A stretch of 49,564 bases of DNA from Promethearchaeota archaeon. Its GTDB lineage: Archaea > Asgardarchaeota > Lokiarchaeia > Sigyniarchaeales > SOKP01. Made by a program: the position numbers and the translations under genes. The notes below the pieces were generated by a model. That model ran no database searches. It was not told the DNA's origin and was given only the letters and a program-made list of their open reading frames with translations. Of this stretch, positions 28,934 to 39,148 are shown one piece after another (within the stretch, counting starts at the first letter, position 1; each line of letters opens with the position of its first letter). The stretch covers positions 1 through 49,564 of the forward strand of contig JALGVJ010000027.1 of the NCBI GenBank assembly GCA_029838195.1, in the 5' to 3' direction.

Positions 28934-30747
28934 GCTCTTTCCTCTATTTTAAGAGTTGAATATAATTTTTTATAAATTCCATCATTTTTGTTAAGTAATT
29001 CTTCATGCGTGCCAAATTCGGAAATCTCGCCGTTTTCCAGCACTAAGATTCTATCTGCATTTCTCACGCTGGAGAGCCTCTGCGTTATGAGAAATGTCGT
29101 GCAATCTTTAAAAACTTCCTTGAAATGCTTTTGAATGTTGAATTCTGTATCCACATCCACGGAAGAAGTAGCATCGTCTAAAATTAAGATTCTTGGCTTA
29201 ATGGCTAGAGCCCTTGCAATAGCTATTCTTTGTTTTTGACCTCCTGATAAGGAAGCTCCTCGTTCACTTACCTTCGTATCATATTTCTCGGGTAATTCAT
29301 TTTCTATGAAAGTATTAATATCGGCGGCGATGGCTGCTTTTTTAATATCCTCGAAAGGAATATTTTTAACTCCAAATCCAATATTTTCTCGTATAGTGCG
29401 GGAAAACAGCAATCGTTCTTGCGACACGTATCCAATTTGTTTTCTAAGAGATTGTAGCGAAACCTCTTTCACGTTAATTCCATCGATTAACAGTTCTCCT
29501 TTCGTAGCATCATAGAATCTTGGAATTAATTTGACTAATGCTGATTTTCCTGAACCTGTAGGACCTAAAATAGCAATGTTTTCTCCCGGATTTACTTTAA
29601 AATTAATATTTTTTAAAACAAAATGCCCACCATCCGCATGATTTGAATCGAAAGAAAAATATACATTCCTAAATTCCACCTCTCCCTTAATCCGAGGTAA
29701 TTCGATTGCGTCCTCTTTCTCTTTAACAATTATTTCGGAGTTTAAGATGTAGGTTATTCTTTTTGACGTTTCACTTATTTGTGGCATGTTTCCAAGAAAA
29801 CGAGAGATAAAATAGAGAGGTTCAACGGAAAAATTTAAAATCATTACAAAAGCGAAGATTTCTCCAAAGGTCATTTCTCCTTGAAGGACAAACATGCCTC
29901 CTAATAAAATAACGACGAGAAAGGCGACATTATCTATGAGATAAATAATAGGGTCAAATGTCGCTTGAAGTTTAATGATTCCTACGGAGTCATCAAAATA
30001 TTTATCATTTTTTATCTTAAATTGAGAGAATTCATGGTCTTCGGTTGCAAAACTTTTTATTACACTAATCCCCATGACATTTTCTTGAATTTTATGGGTG
30101 AGATCCGCATAAGATATTCTTGATTTCTTAAAAACGGGTCTTAATTTTTTTCTAAATAACAATAAGACGTAAAACAAGAAAGGAGAGGAAGCAAGGACGA
30201 ACAAGGCTAATTTAACATTAATCAAAAACAAGAACATGAAGCTAAAAAGAAGAGTGGCTATTTGTCGAACAAAAAATTGAAGATTATTTCCCAAGAATTC
30301 TTTTAAATTATTAACATCCGTAGTAGTACGCGCTATTAACTCCCCGCTTTTATTTTTATCGAGCCATCCAAAACTCATTATTTGAATGGTAGCAAAAATG
30401 TCATTTCTTAAATTGTATATAACTTTAGCTCCCACCCAGCGATTAATATAAATTCTCAAACCAAAAAGAATGGCTACAATTCCTTGGACAAGGATCATTA
30501 ATACAAAAATTGGGATGACATCTTCCAGGGGAATATCTGGATTCACTAACATGTCAAGAGCGGGTCCCAAAAATAAAGGGACAGTCAAGAATAAAAAGGA
30601 TTGGATTATGCCTAGAATTAAAATGAGAATGAAGTGCTTTTTATATTCCCATAAATAACTGAGAATTTGTCTTAAAGGAGTTTTATAATTTTTCGATAGA
30701 TTTCTCTCTCTTCGTTTTAAAAAAGCTTCTCTTATCTCATTTTTCAT
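28930..30747 (-). CDS. Heterodimeric ABC exporter subunit (TMD-NBD; degenerate Walker B and H-loop)
   Basis: GPTGSGKS, LSGGQKQ, ILDDATS (E to D), ITQRL (H to Q); 4-nt overlap with its partner. Confidence 0.95.
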   Translation of the reverse strand: MKNEIREAFLKRRERNLSKNYKTPLRQILSYLWEYKKHFILILILGIIQSFLFLTVPLFLGPALDMLVNPDIPLEDVIPIFVLMILVQGIVAILFGLRIYINRWVGAKVIYNLRNDIFATIQIMSFGWLDKNKSGELIARTTTDVNNLKEFLGNNLQFFVRQIATLLFSFMFLFLINVKLALFVLASSPFLFYVLLLFRKKLRPVFKKSRISYADLTHKIQENVMGISVIKSFATEDHEFSQFKIKNDKYFDDSVGIIKLQATFDPIIYLIDNVAFLVVILLGGMFVLQGEMTFGEIFAFVMILNFSVEPLYFISRFLGNMPQISETSKRITYILNSEIIVKEKEDAIELPRIKGEVEFRNVYFSFDSNHADGGHFVLKNINFKVNPGENIAILGPTGSGKSALVKLIPRFYDATKGELLIDGINVKEVSLQSLRKQIGYVSQERLLFSRTIRENIGFGVKNIPFEDIKKAAIAADINTFIENELPEKYDTKVSERGASLSGGQKQRIAIARALAIKPRILILDDATSSVDVDTEFNIQKHFKEVFKDCTTFLITQRLSSVRNADRILVLENGEISEFGTHEELLNKNDGIYKKLYSTLKIEERA

Positions 30748-30854
30748 GAGACATAAAAAGATTTATTTTAAAAAAGATTATCCGTTATAATTGTATTAGT
30801 AATCAATACTTTAAGAAAAAGAAACGTATAGCCGGAGTTCGGGATATTGTTCTA

Positions 30855-31934
30855 ATGAAAATAAGAATTACTAATTGGCTGAGATATTTTAAAAATTTTC
30901 TGCTTAATACTTTTACGGAACGGGTTATTCCTTATTCTGCCCAAATTGAAGTCACCTTGCGATGTAATGGAAAATGTCCTTTTTGTTCCATTCATTCGCT
31001 TCCAAGAGCTTATATTCAAAATGAAATGACTACGAGCCAGATTAAACAAATTATTGACCAAATCGCCGAGTTTGGAATTAATACTTTATCATTTACAGGA
31101 GGAGAACCCACGTTAAGAGCGGATCTTAAAAAGTTGGTATATCATGCCGGAAAAAAACATGATTTAATCACCGGAATTGCAACAAATGGGTTTCTAATGC
31201 CCAAACTTTTGAAAAATGGGGATTTTCATGGATTGGATTACATTTTATTATCCTTAGATTATCCAACGGCAGCCCAACATGATAAAATTAGAGGGTTATG
31301 CTTGTTTGATAAAGTAATAGAAACGATAAAATTAGCAAGGAAGAATTCAATTTATCCCATCATAAGTACTGTGGTGATGAAAGACAATTTAGACCAATTA
31401 GAGAAACTCTGCTTGCTAGCTCAAGATTTAGAGTGTTCCATTGAACTTTACCCGTGCGAAAATATCATTCGAGATTATCCCGATGAGTGTTATCAAGTAA
31501 AAAATATCCATGAGTTCATTCCTAATCTTTCTGAATGGGCAAAAACCTTGAAAACATTACGGCAAAAATACAAAAATGTAATAACGGATCCGTATAGCAT
31601 AGAAGTGATTGAGCGAGGAGGATTTGGGGGTAAATTAGGACATTATCAACCTTATCTGAGATGTCACGTGGCAGAAACTCATTTATTCATTCGTTTTGAT
31701 GGTTTTGTAAATTTTCCTTGTAAGATCCATCCCCTTCTTAGTTTAAACTTGTTTAAATATCCTCTTTCTAAAATTTTCAATATCGAGGAAGTTATACACA
31801 TAATTGAAAGCCATGATACCTTTAATTTCTGTGATGGATGCCGCTTGGGCTGTGCTATCGTTTCTTCCATGTCTGCAAAATGGAAAACTCTTTATGCTAA
31901 ATACCTTAAGGCAGCTCTCATGGGACAGCTTTAA
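30855..31934 (+). CDS. Radical SAM protein with SPASM/Twitch-like C-terminus
   Basis: CNGKCPFC, FTGGEP, TNG, SLD; C-terminal CH...FPC...CDGCRLGC. Confidence 0.9.
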   Translation: MKIRITNWLRYFKNFLLNTFTERVIPYSAQIEVTLRCNGKCPFCSIHSLPRAYIQNEMTTSQIKQIIDQIAEFGINTLSFTGGEPTLRADLKKLVYHAGKKHDLITGIATNGFLMPKLLKNGDFHGLDYILLSLDYPTAAQHDKIRGLCLFDKVIETIKLARKNSIYPIISTVVMKDNLDQLEKLCLLAQDLECSIELYPCENIIRDYPDECYQVKNIHEFIPNLSEWAKTLKTLRQKYKNVITDPYSIEVIERGGFGGKLGHYQPYLRCHVAETHLFIRFDGFVNFPCKIHPLLSLNLFKYPLSKIFNIEEVIHIIESHDTFNFCDGCRLGCAIVSSMSAKWKTLYAKYLKAALMGQL

Positions 31935-32070
31935 AAATTTTTCCCACTTTTCGGTAATGAAAGAAATTAAAAATTATTAAAATCATGTTGAGTTTTTTTC
32001 CTTAAATTCGTAATGAAATAAAGAAAAAAATTTTATTAAAATAGTTAATTTTAAAAATCGTTGGAAAATA

Positions 32071-32703
32071 ATGGCTGATATGGAAATTATATCTCAAATC
32101 GTGCTAATCGCACTTGGAATGGTTATTTTAGGTCACGTTTTAAATAAAATTTTAGGTTTAAAGCGGGAAACTACTGCCGAATTGAGAGAAAAATCCCTCA
32201 ACTTGCAAGAAAGAATGAAAACAGCTCAAGTCTTACAAGATAGGCGAATGATGCTGGAGCTTCAATTAGAAATGAAAGAATTAATGGCAACCATGTTAAA
32301 AAAACAAATCCTTCCCTTAACCATTCGATGCATCATCTTCTTTGGAATTTTTACGGTAATTGGGATAATATATGGGCAGTATTCTTATTGGTTTTTGACC
32401 TATTTTATAGCCTCATTATGCTTTTCTTTAATTTCATATGGATTGAATAGATTATATCGAAAAATAACAGGAAAAGAAGACAAAACAAAATCATTACTCA
32501 ATGGAATAATGGGCACGATGACGCAGGAATTCAATCCTTCTGAAAACATCGTGTCTCACTCAAGTTCAATTTCAACCCCAATTCAACAAGCGCAACAAGA
32601 AGCATTGTCTTGGAAAAGTAAAATAAATATCTCTAAAGAAAATGATCTAGAAAAGGAAACATCACGTACTCCTGCGAATTGGAAAGAAAAACTTGAAAAA
32701 TGA
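32071..32703 (+). CDS. DUF106 / EMC3-TMCO1 (Oxa1 superfamily)-like membrane protein
   Basis: TM1, Met/Gln-rich coiled coil, KQILPL plus TM2, then TM3 with YWFLTY; this topology is typical of the family. Confidence 0.6.
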   Translation: MADMEIISQIVLIALGMVILGHVLNKILGLKRETTAELREKSLNLQERMKTAQVLQDRRMMLELQLEMKELMATMLKKQILPLTIRCIIFFGIFTVIGIIYGQYSYWFLTYFIASLCFSLISYGLNRLYRKITGKEDKTKSLLNGIMGTMTQEFNPSENIVSHSSSISTPIQQAQQEALSWKSKINISKENDLEKETSRTPANWKEKLEK

Positions 32704-32738
32704 ATGATTTAATCAAAAAAATCATTTTATAATGAAAA

Positions 32739-33032
32739 ATGAAGCGAAACAAGGTCATTTTAATAAATTTAATTTTTCTTGTGATTTTCCTCATTTCACT
32801 TATCATTTCTTTAACATGTGGCGTATTATTTTCATTTTTCTTTCTACCCTTATTTTGTTTTTTACCCTTTACTTGGCGTCCTAAACCTAAAATCTGGATT
32901 ACTGAGGAACAAGATCTGTATCAAGCGCCATCCATTCAAGTAAAGCGATGTCCCGTATGTGGTGGAATTATCAAGGAAGGAATAGATGCCCAATATTGTT
33001 ATCATTGTGGCGCCAAACTAAAACATTATTAA
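32739..33032 (+). CDS. Small membrane protein with C-terminal zinc ribbon
   Basis: Hydrophobic N-terminus; CPVCG...YCYHCG. Confidence 0.75.
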   Translation: MKRNKVILINLIFLVIFLISLIISLTCGVLFSFFFLPLFCFLPFTWRPKPKIWITEEQDLYQAPSIQVKRCPVCGGIIKEGIDAQYCYHCGAKLKHY

Positions 33033-33038
33033 GGAGAT

Positions 33039-33524
33039 TTGATGGAAAAAGAAAATATTAGGAACCAATTCATTTTATATTTCCTTTTTGCTATTTTGAT
33101 GATCCTTTTAAATTATTTAATTCAAAAATCAAATCAACTTTTCCTTTATCCATTTGCTTGTCAAAATAGAGATACTTTTCCATTTCTTACTTCTATTTAT
33201 TGCAGAATGGACCCATATAATTATCCAGAATTATTTGGTTCTATTTTAGCGGTTGGGATAACCTATATCGTGAAGTTCATGCTCGATAAATTCGTGGTTT
33301 TCAGGAGAATAGAAAAAAATTTAAGGCAAATTTCAAGAGAATTCATGAAATACTTCTTCTTTGCGCTTATTACTACGGCAGAAAATATTGGCATCCAGTT
33401 CCTAATGACCAATTTTTTACACACGCCCTTAGAATTAAGTATGGGAGTTGCCTTAGCTATTGGCTATACCACCAAGTTTTTTTTCGATAGAACCTATGTG
33501 TTTATTGAAAAAAATAAAAATTAG
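33039..33524 (+). CDS. GtrA-like small membrane protein
   Basis: Four TM segments; internal duplication YIVKFMLDKFVVF / YTTKFFFDRTYVF; REFMKY. Confidence 0.75.
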   Translation: MMEKENIRNQFILYFLFAILMILLNYLIQKSNQLFLYPFACQNRDTFPFLTSIYCRMDPYNYPELFGSILAVGITYIVKFMLDKFVVFRRIEKNLRQISREFMKYFFFALITTAENIGIQFLMTNFLHTPLELSMGVALAIGYTTKFFFDRTYVFIEKNKN

Positions 33525-33663
33525 TAATCTTCTTTAATTAAATAAAATAATAAATATAGTTTTTAGTAGGGGTGAAATAAACTCCTTCTCATGGAAATAA
33601 TTCAAGTTTTTATAGGCGAAATGATTACGTATAAAAAAGATCACAGGAGGTGGAAGTGAGATC

Positions 33664-34680
33664 ATGGATTTCGAGAAAAAATTTAAAGAAAATCCCGAAC
33701 ATTACAAGAAAAAGCTCCAAAAAACTCAAGAAATTAAATTGTACAAGGTAAATCATTTTATTTTTGATTTTGCGGGAGTCATGATCGAATCTCCTAATAT
33801 AATTTCTACTCTATTTGAAATTATCAACTCGGATCTTGGCACTAATATTTCGAAAAAAGATCCTTACGTTTCAAAATTGCGGAGAATGATGAGTTCGGGC
33901 AGAATCTCGAGCCGGGAATTTTTAGAAAAGATTTTTGAAAAATATAGTCCCCCTTCAGAAAAGGGAGAGAAATGTTTTCCCCCTAAAGAAACTATAGGTG
34001 ATTACTATCTAGACCTCTGGTTTAATTTGTATCATCAATCTACGGAACTTTATCCGGAAATGGAAGAAATTGTAATGCGATTACATGATTCGGGATATAC
34101 GGTAAGCTTATTATCGAATACTTATGATATTCATGCAAAAAGTAATGAACTTAAGGGATTTTTCAAATTATTTGACTATGTCTTCCTTTCTCATGAATTA
34201 GGCATGCGAAAACCGGAAATCGAGAAATTTAAATATGTTCTTAAAAAATTAAATGCTAATCCTGAAGAATGCATCTTTATTGACGATAAATTGGTCAATT
34301 TAGTGCCGGCAAGAAAATTAGGTCTCATTGCGATTCATTTTGTTTCTTTTGAAAGTTTTAAGGGATACTTGGATGCCATGGGAATATCAAATATTTCTGA
34401 GGACATGAGAAAAAAAATTATGGAAAAATATCATTTTTATAAACAATCTAAAAAAGATTATAAACATGCTAAAAAAGAATATAAAAAACTTAAAAGCAAG
34501 TATAAAAAGGCAAAGAAAAAAAGAGAACCTATAAAAGCACTACAACTAAAAGTCAGATTAAGTTATAAGAAAAAACAGTATGAAAGAAGCAAAGAAATTT
34601 ATAAAAAAAATAAAGAAATGAAAAAGAAGGAGTTAAAACGCAAAATAAAATTACAAATGGCCCCCGAAGAGGCTTGTTAA
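33664..34680 (+). CDS. HAD-family phosphatase (YihX-like) with Lys-rich C-terminal tail
   Basis: FIFDFAGV, LLSNT, GMRKP, FIDD..VN; the last ~90 aa are extremely Lys-rich. Confidence 0.85.
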   Translation: MDFEKKFKENPEHYKKKLQKTQEIKLYKVNHFIFDFAGVMIESPNIISTLFEIINSDLGTNISKKDPYVSKLRRMMSSGRISSREFLEKIFEKYSPPSEKGEKCFPPKETIGDYYLDLWFNLYHQSTELYPEMEEIVMRLHDSGYTVSLLSNTYDIHAKSNELKGFFKLFDYVFLSHELGMRKPEIEKFKYVLKKLNANPEECIFIDDKLVNLVPARKLGLIAIHFVSFESFKGYLDAMGISNISEDMRKKIMEKYHFYKQSKKDYKHAKKEYKKLKSKYKKAKKKREPIKALQLKVRLSYKKKQYERSKEIYKKNKEMKKKELKRKIKLQMAPEEAC

Positions 34681-34755
34681 ATTTTTAAGCAATTAATTTG
34701 ATCTTAAAGATAATTAGCAAAAATAAATTAATAAAATAAAAAATTGAATTTCATC

Positions 34756-36165
34756 ATGGTAAAAGAAAAGAACAAGGATTCCCAAGAAAAAGATGATAAA
34801 TCCATTATGGAAGCACTCTCTACTTTGGGATGGGAAGAAGATATAGAAGAGTCTAGTGAGAGTCGTGAAGCAGAATTAACCAATGAAGAAAAAATAAAAT
34901 TCTTAACGGAAAAAATAACAGAGTTAGAAAAAGAATGTAAAGACTTGGAGGAGGAAAAATTTGATCTCATAAAAGAATGGGAAAGTGCCAAGAAAGAAAA
35001 TGAAGAATATAAAAAAAAGATAAATGAATATGAAGTTACCGTTGAAAACCTCCTCTTATCGATGGACAATTATAAAAATGAACTGAATGAGAAAAATCAG
35101 AACATTAAAGAATTAAAAGATAATGCAATACGCATGACGGAATTAACTAAAACGCTTTCGGAAAAAGAAAAAGAAATTGAAGATTTAAACGAATTTTTAA
35201 GGAAAAAAGAACAAAAAATAGAAAAATTAACCGCAATACTAAAAGAAAAAGAACAACAAGATAAAATACTTGAAGAAAAAGATAATTTGATTCATTCTTT
35301 AAATGAAAAAATAAACTCTCTAACAAAAATCATTGATACAAAACCCACTCACGAGAGAGAACTCGAAGAATTAAAAAATGAGATTAAACTTAAAAATGAA
35401 GAATGTGAAAAATTAAAAGCTATCGTGGAAAAACAAGCCCTTGAACTTGAAGATATTCGATTAGCAAGGGAACAAAATCAACAAGTCCAAATGTATCAAA
35501 AAGAAACGGAAGATAAATATAAAAAAATCATAAATGATCAAATTCAAAAAATTAAAGAACTAAACCAGCAAATTGAATACTTGAAAACCAATACGGTTGA
35601 CAAATCTAAATTTGATAACATGACCATTTTATTAGAAAAAAAAGATGAGGTTATCACTGAAAAAGAAAAAGAAATATTTAATCTAGAAACCTCCTTGGAA
35701 AAGACCAGACAATATGTAAGTGAATTGAAACAAAAAATCGAAACATTTTCGTTACTCCAAAAAGATGTAGAAAAAAAAGAGGAGAGAATTCAAGAACTTG
35801 TTGTAAAAATAGAAAAATTGAAAGAAAAAAATTTCTCTCTAACCGAATCTATTGAAAAATGGGAGCATAAATTAGAAGAATTACAAGAAAAAGTCATAAA
35901 GCAAGAGATAAAAATTAAAGAATTAACCGGTCAACTCCAACAAAAAGATAGAAAAATAGAAGAATTAAATCGAGATAAGGAAGAATTAAAAATTAAATTA
36001 AAAGAAGCGGAATTAATTGAAAATAAAATTTTATCAGACCTACAAGGATTAAAAGATTTAAATTTAAAACAAGAACGCATGCTGGAAGAAAAAGATGGTG
36101 AATTAATAGAATTAAAAAAGAAAGTTAAACTATTAAGAAGAGAATTAAATAAACCTCAAATATAA
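34756..36165 (+). CDS. Long coiled-coil protein
   Basis: About 470 aa of near-continuous E/K/L heptads, no Walker motif, no TM; ATG 34756 preferred. Confidence 0.85.
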   Translation: MVKEKNKDSQEKDDKSIMEALSTLGWEEDIEESSESREAELTNEEKIKFLTEKITELEKECKDLEEEKFDLIKEWESAKKENEEYKKKINEYEVTVENLLLSMDNYKNELNEKNQNIKELKDNAIRMTELTKTLSEKEKEIEDLNEFLRKKEQKIEKLTAILKEKEQQDKILEEKDNLIHSLNEKINSLTKIIDTKPTHERELEELKNEIKLKNEECEKLKAIVEKQALELEDIRLAREQNQQVQMYQKETEDKYKKIINDQIQKIKELNQQIEYLKTNTVDKSKFDNMTILLEKKDEVITEKEKEIFNLETSLEKTRQYVSELKQKIETFSLLQKDVEKKEERIQELVVKIEKLKEKNFSLTESIEKWEHKLEELQEKVIKQEIKIKELTGQLQQKDRKIEELNRDKEELKIKLKEAELIENKILSDLQGLKDLNLKQERMLEEKDGELIELKKKVKLLRRELNKPQI

Positions 36166-36365
36166 TAATTAAATAAAAAAAATTCACCATTTCATATTTT
36201 TAAATAAATTTCTAATGTACGAATAATTTACGCATTAACTTCGTTCCAGTTGATAATTGGGTTTATTATTTACCTCAAATTAAAAAAATTTAAAAAATAG
36301 AAAAGATAAAATAAAAAGCTTTGAGATTTCTTACCTTAACCCATAATTGACGGAGTAGATTAATG

Positions 36366-37454
36366 CTAAACCTCACGCCATTCTACTCCACAACGCCCAC
36401 ATTTATATTTTTTTCCATATACCCGTGGATAATCAAGAAGAATGTTACTTTTATCGATGGATTCGTAGATCATGTTCTTATCATCTAATCCGCATTTAGG
36501 GCAACGCCTTCTACCAGTCGGTTTTTCAATAGTCAGTACAGATTCATCTAATCTTCCAGGAATGCCAGGAGCTGCCCCAGAGGAGGGTCTGGTTTTAATT
36601 TGTGCTGGTGCAGGAGCTGGTGCAGGAGCTGGAGCCTTCTCTTCTTTTACTTCTGGTTCCGTTAGAGTCGATTCGGAGGGAATGGATTCCTCGACTTTTG
36701 CGGGCTCTTCTTCTACAACTTCCTTTATTTCTGCTTTGGTTTCCGGATGAATTTCTTCTTCCACGGTAGATGGTTCTATTTCTGATTCTGCTCTTAATTG
36801 TACCGCATCAGACTCTTTATAATCCTCTCCCCGCTCAAGAGCAGCAAGAAATTCGGCATCATTTCCCTCTTCAAAAATGACTTCATTTTGAGCACCAGCT
36901 CGTTCTGCATCTAATAATCGTGCCCATTGCCCCGCTTTTACTCTCTCTTTTACATTAGATGCATTTCCATGCCAGATATAAATTTTTGTTCCTAAATCTA
37001 ATACAAAACAATCTTCACTATCAAGGGAATCTTTTGAAAAGGGGACTTGTATCATTTTCATGGCATTAATATCTTCAAATTCTTCCGCACTTACTCTATA
37101 TAATACATTTTTCCACTCAGAAAATCCCGCAAAATCTCCGGTGGAGACATCCTGGAGCATGGTTTTAGCAAGATTTTTTTCAACAATTTTCATGGCTCCC
37201 ATGGAAGATATTAATTTCATGAATTCTGGAGTTTCTTGTCCTTGGTCAATGGTAATTACTTTCGCAGCACCCCCCCTTTCTTGGTCCAATCTTCGAGCTT
37301 CGGAGGCGCCCGTGGTTTTTTCATCCACGCTACATTTGCTTCCGATCCACACGTAAATCGTGTTTTGGTCGTCAAGCAAGTACACGTCGCCAGTACTAAA
37401 GATGGGTTTATTAATCTCCTTTAGTTCTCCTTGGTCAATCATGTATAATTGCAT
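36366..37454 (-). CDS. Two-domain gelsolin protein with acidic/Pro-Ala linker and C-terminal Zn ribbon
   Basis: GDVYLLD..TIYVWIG..CSVDEK...QGQETPEF and LDSEDCFVLD.GTKIYIWHG..SNVKER...EGNDAEF; CPKC...CGRC. Confidence 0.9.
   Translation of the reverse strand: MQLYMIDQGELKEINKPIFSTGDVYLLDDQNTIYVWIGSKCSVDEKTTGASEARRLDQERGGAAKVITIDQGQETPEFMKLISSMGAMKIVEKNLAKTMLQDVSTGDFAGFSEWKNVLYRVSAEEFEDINAMKMIQVPFSKDSLDSEDCFVLDLGTKIYIWHGNASNVKERVKAGQWARLLDAERAGAQNEVIFEEGNDAEFLAALERGEDYKESDAVQLRAESEIEPSTVEEEIHPETKAEIKEVVEEEPAKVEESIPSESTLTEPEVKEEKAPAPAPAPAPAQIKTRPSSGAAPGIPGRLDESVLTIEKPTGRRRCPKCGLDDKNMIYESIDKSNILLDYPRVYGKKYKCGRCGVEWREV
36604..36636 (-). repeat. Short coding repeat encoding (AP)n in the gelsolin linker
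   Basis: GCTGGTGCAGGA twice plus GCTGGAGCC on the + strand. Confidence 0.8.
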
Positions 37455-37653
37455 TTTATATCCCTTACCTCACGTTATTTAAAAATTTTTTAATTATATT
37501 ATAAGAATCTCTCTATTAAAATATTGATACCTATTTTTCAAAAAATTGGTTGATCAAACAAAGATAGAAAATTTAAATATATATATGTTGAGATTTCGAT
37601 TAAATAAATGAAAATGAGATTAAATTAAAAAAAAAAACGAACGAGCGTGTTAT

Positions 37654-39036
37654 TTAATAATCCTTTAGGGCTGAACGGATTCTGCTCACGAATTCCGGGA
37701 TTTTTTCTATATCTATGGAGCAATAGGCGATTCGAATGCCGTTAATATTATCATTAGGTTTTTCAATAGGAATGACTCCAACTTTATATTTTTTTAAGAG
37801 GTGATCCGCGAAGTCCGTGGCTTTAATGACGTCTGGTTTTAAATTCATGAAAAGGAAAAACCCTCCAGAATTAGGATCTAAAGAGATCTTGTCATCTTGT
37901 ATTTGATTTATTTCTTGATTAATCTTGTGATATCTCTGTTCCAATAGATCTTTCACGGGTGTTCTCATGGCAATGATTTCATCCATCCCTTTAGATTCAA
38001 AGATTTTTCTTACTACGGCTTGATAGAAATGATTGCTGTTCGAAATGGTGCTCCGAATCATGCCCTCTAATTTGTTATTAATTTCATTTTTTAGCAATTC
38101 TAATTGCTCATCGTCAGAAATCCAAGATTCTTTTAGTCCAACGGTAAGAAAACCGATTCTTCCTCCATATAACAATAATTCTTTAGAAATGCCATCAATT
38201 TTTATGGGAATAACATCAGTCTTGAGTTCATGGAGATCATAAAAAAGAGATTTCTGAAGCACGTCCTCTCTATAGATGTACGGTTCATAAGCATCGTCAA
38301 CCATGACAATCATTGGCAGGTTAAGTCGTTGCTGAAGATCGTTCAGAGCATTTACAATATCCCGTGCTTCTTGCTTGGAAGGAACATAACCCGTAGGATT
38401 ATTGGGAAAGTTTAAAATGAGAACTATTTTTTTCTGGACTTCTGCTACTTGTCTGATTGCATCTTTTAATCCTTCTAAGTTAATTTGATCATCTTTAAAG
38501 AACTCAAATGATTTTATCTTAGCCCCTATAAATCGAGAGATGATATTATCATAATTTCCCCATCGCTTGTTCGGAGATATAATGAATTCGCCGGGATTTA
38601 AAAACAGGGCACTCGCCAGATAAATTCCATTGGTCAGACCCGCAGTAATAACGGGTAATGTCGTGAACTTTTCTAAATGGTGAATCTCTCTGAAATTAGA
38701 ATGTTCATCAAGAAGCGATTTTTTAATCATCCATTTTTTCCACTGAGTTCTAATGTCTGCTAATCCGGCGATCGATGCATAAGGCGTGATTTCTTTCACG
38801 TGTAAATTGTTAATGTAGTTTCGAATTTCTGATAGATAGCAAGGAAGCCATTCCTCTGATCCACCGTTGATAAAATCACTTTCGCGGGCATGAGCGGAGC
38901 CGATCGTGCCAATTAATTCTGCTTCTTTTTTAGCCCTACCAGACCAATAAAATATTCCTTCTGGTAAAAAGATCCGTTTTCCCAATTCTGAAAATGCATC
39001 GAAAAGAGGTGTCTTCTTAATTTCTGTAAACTCCAT
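37654..39036 (-). CDS. PLP-dependent aminotransferase class I/II
   Basis: WGNY, NFPNNPTG, DDAY, DGISKE (PLP Lys), GGRIG, GIRIAY; start reassigned to ATG 39036 (460 aa). Confidence 0.9.
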   Translation of the reverse strand: MEFTEIKKTPLFDAFSELGKRIFLPEGIFYWSGRAKKEAELIGTIGSAHARESDFINGGSEEWLPCYLSEIRNYINNLHVKEITPYASIAGLADIRTQWKKWMIKKSLLDEHSNFREIHHLEKFTTLPVITAGLTNGIYLASALFLNPGEFIISPNKRWGNYDNIISRFIGAKIKSFEFFKDDQINLEGLKDAIRQVAEVQKKIVLILNFPNNPTGYVPSKQEARDIVNALNDLQQRLNLPMIVMVDDAYEPYIYREDVLQKSLFYDLHELKTDVIPIKIDGISKELLLYGGRIGFLTVGLKESWISDDEQLELLKNEINNKLEGMIRSTISNSNHFYQAVVRKIFESKGMDEIIAMRTPVKDLLEQRYHKINQEINQIQDDKISLDPNSGGFFLFMNLKPDVIKATDFADHLLKKYKVGVIPIEKPNDNINGIRIAYCSIDIEKIPEFVSRIRSALKDY

Positions 39037-39148
39037 GATAATCATCATGTTAAATGAGAGATGGAATAAATATATAAGTATCAAAAACTATAAGAACCAT
39101 GAAACATCATTAAAATTACATCCAAAAAATAGATGCATCAGTTTTAAA

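Noticed and set aside
27020-30747. Degenerate ATPase motifs in the ABC pair as a novelty
   Set aside because: This is the standard asymmetric pattern of heterodimeric exporters such as TM287/288 and TmrAB
34744-36165. SMC/Rad50 or ESCRT-III call for the coiled-coil protein
   Set aside because: No Walker motifs, hinge or zinc hook, and too long and uniform for Snf7
39035-39148. Overlapping N-terminal extensions of the divergent ORFs at 39035 and 39084
   Set aside because: Better explained as a shared AT-rich promoter region with starts at 39036 (-) and 39149 (+)
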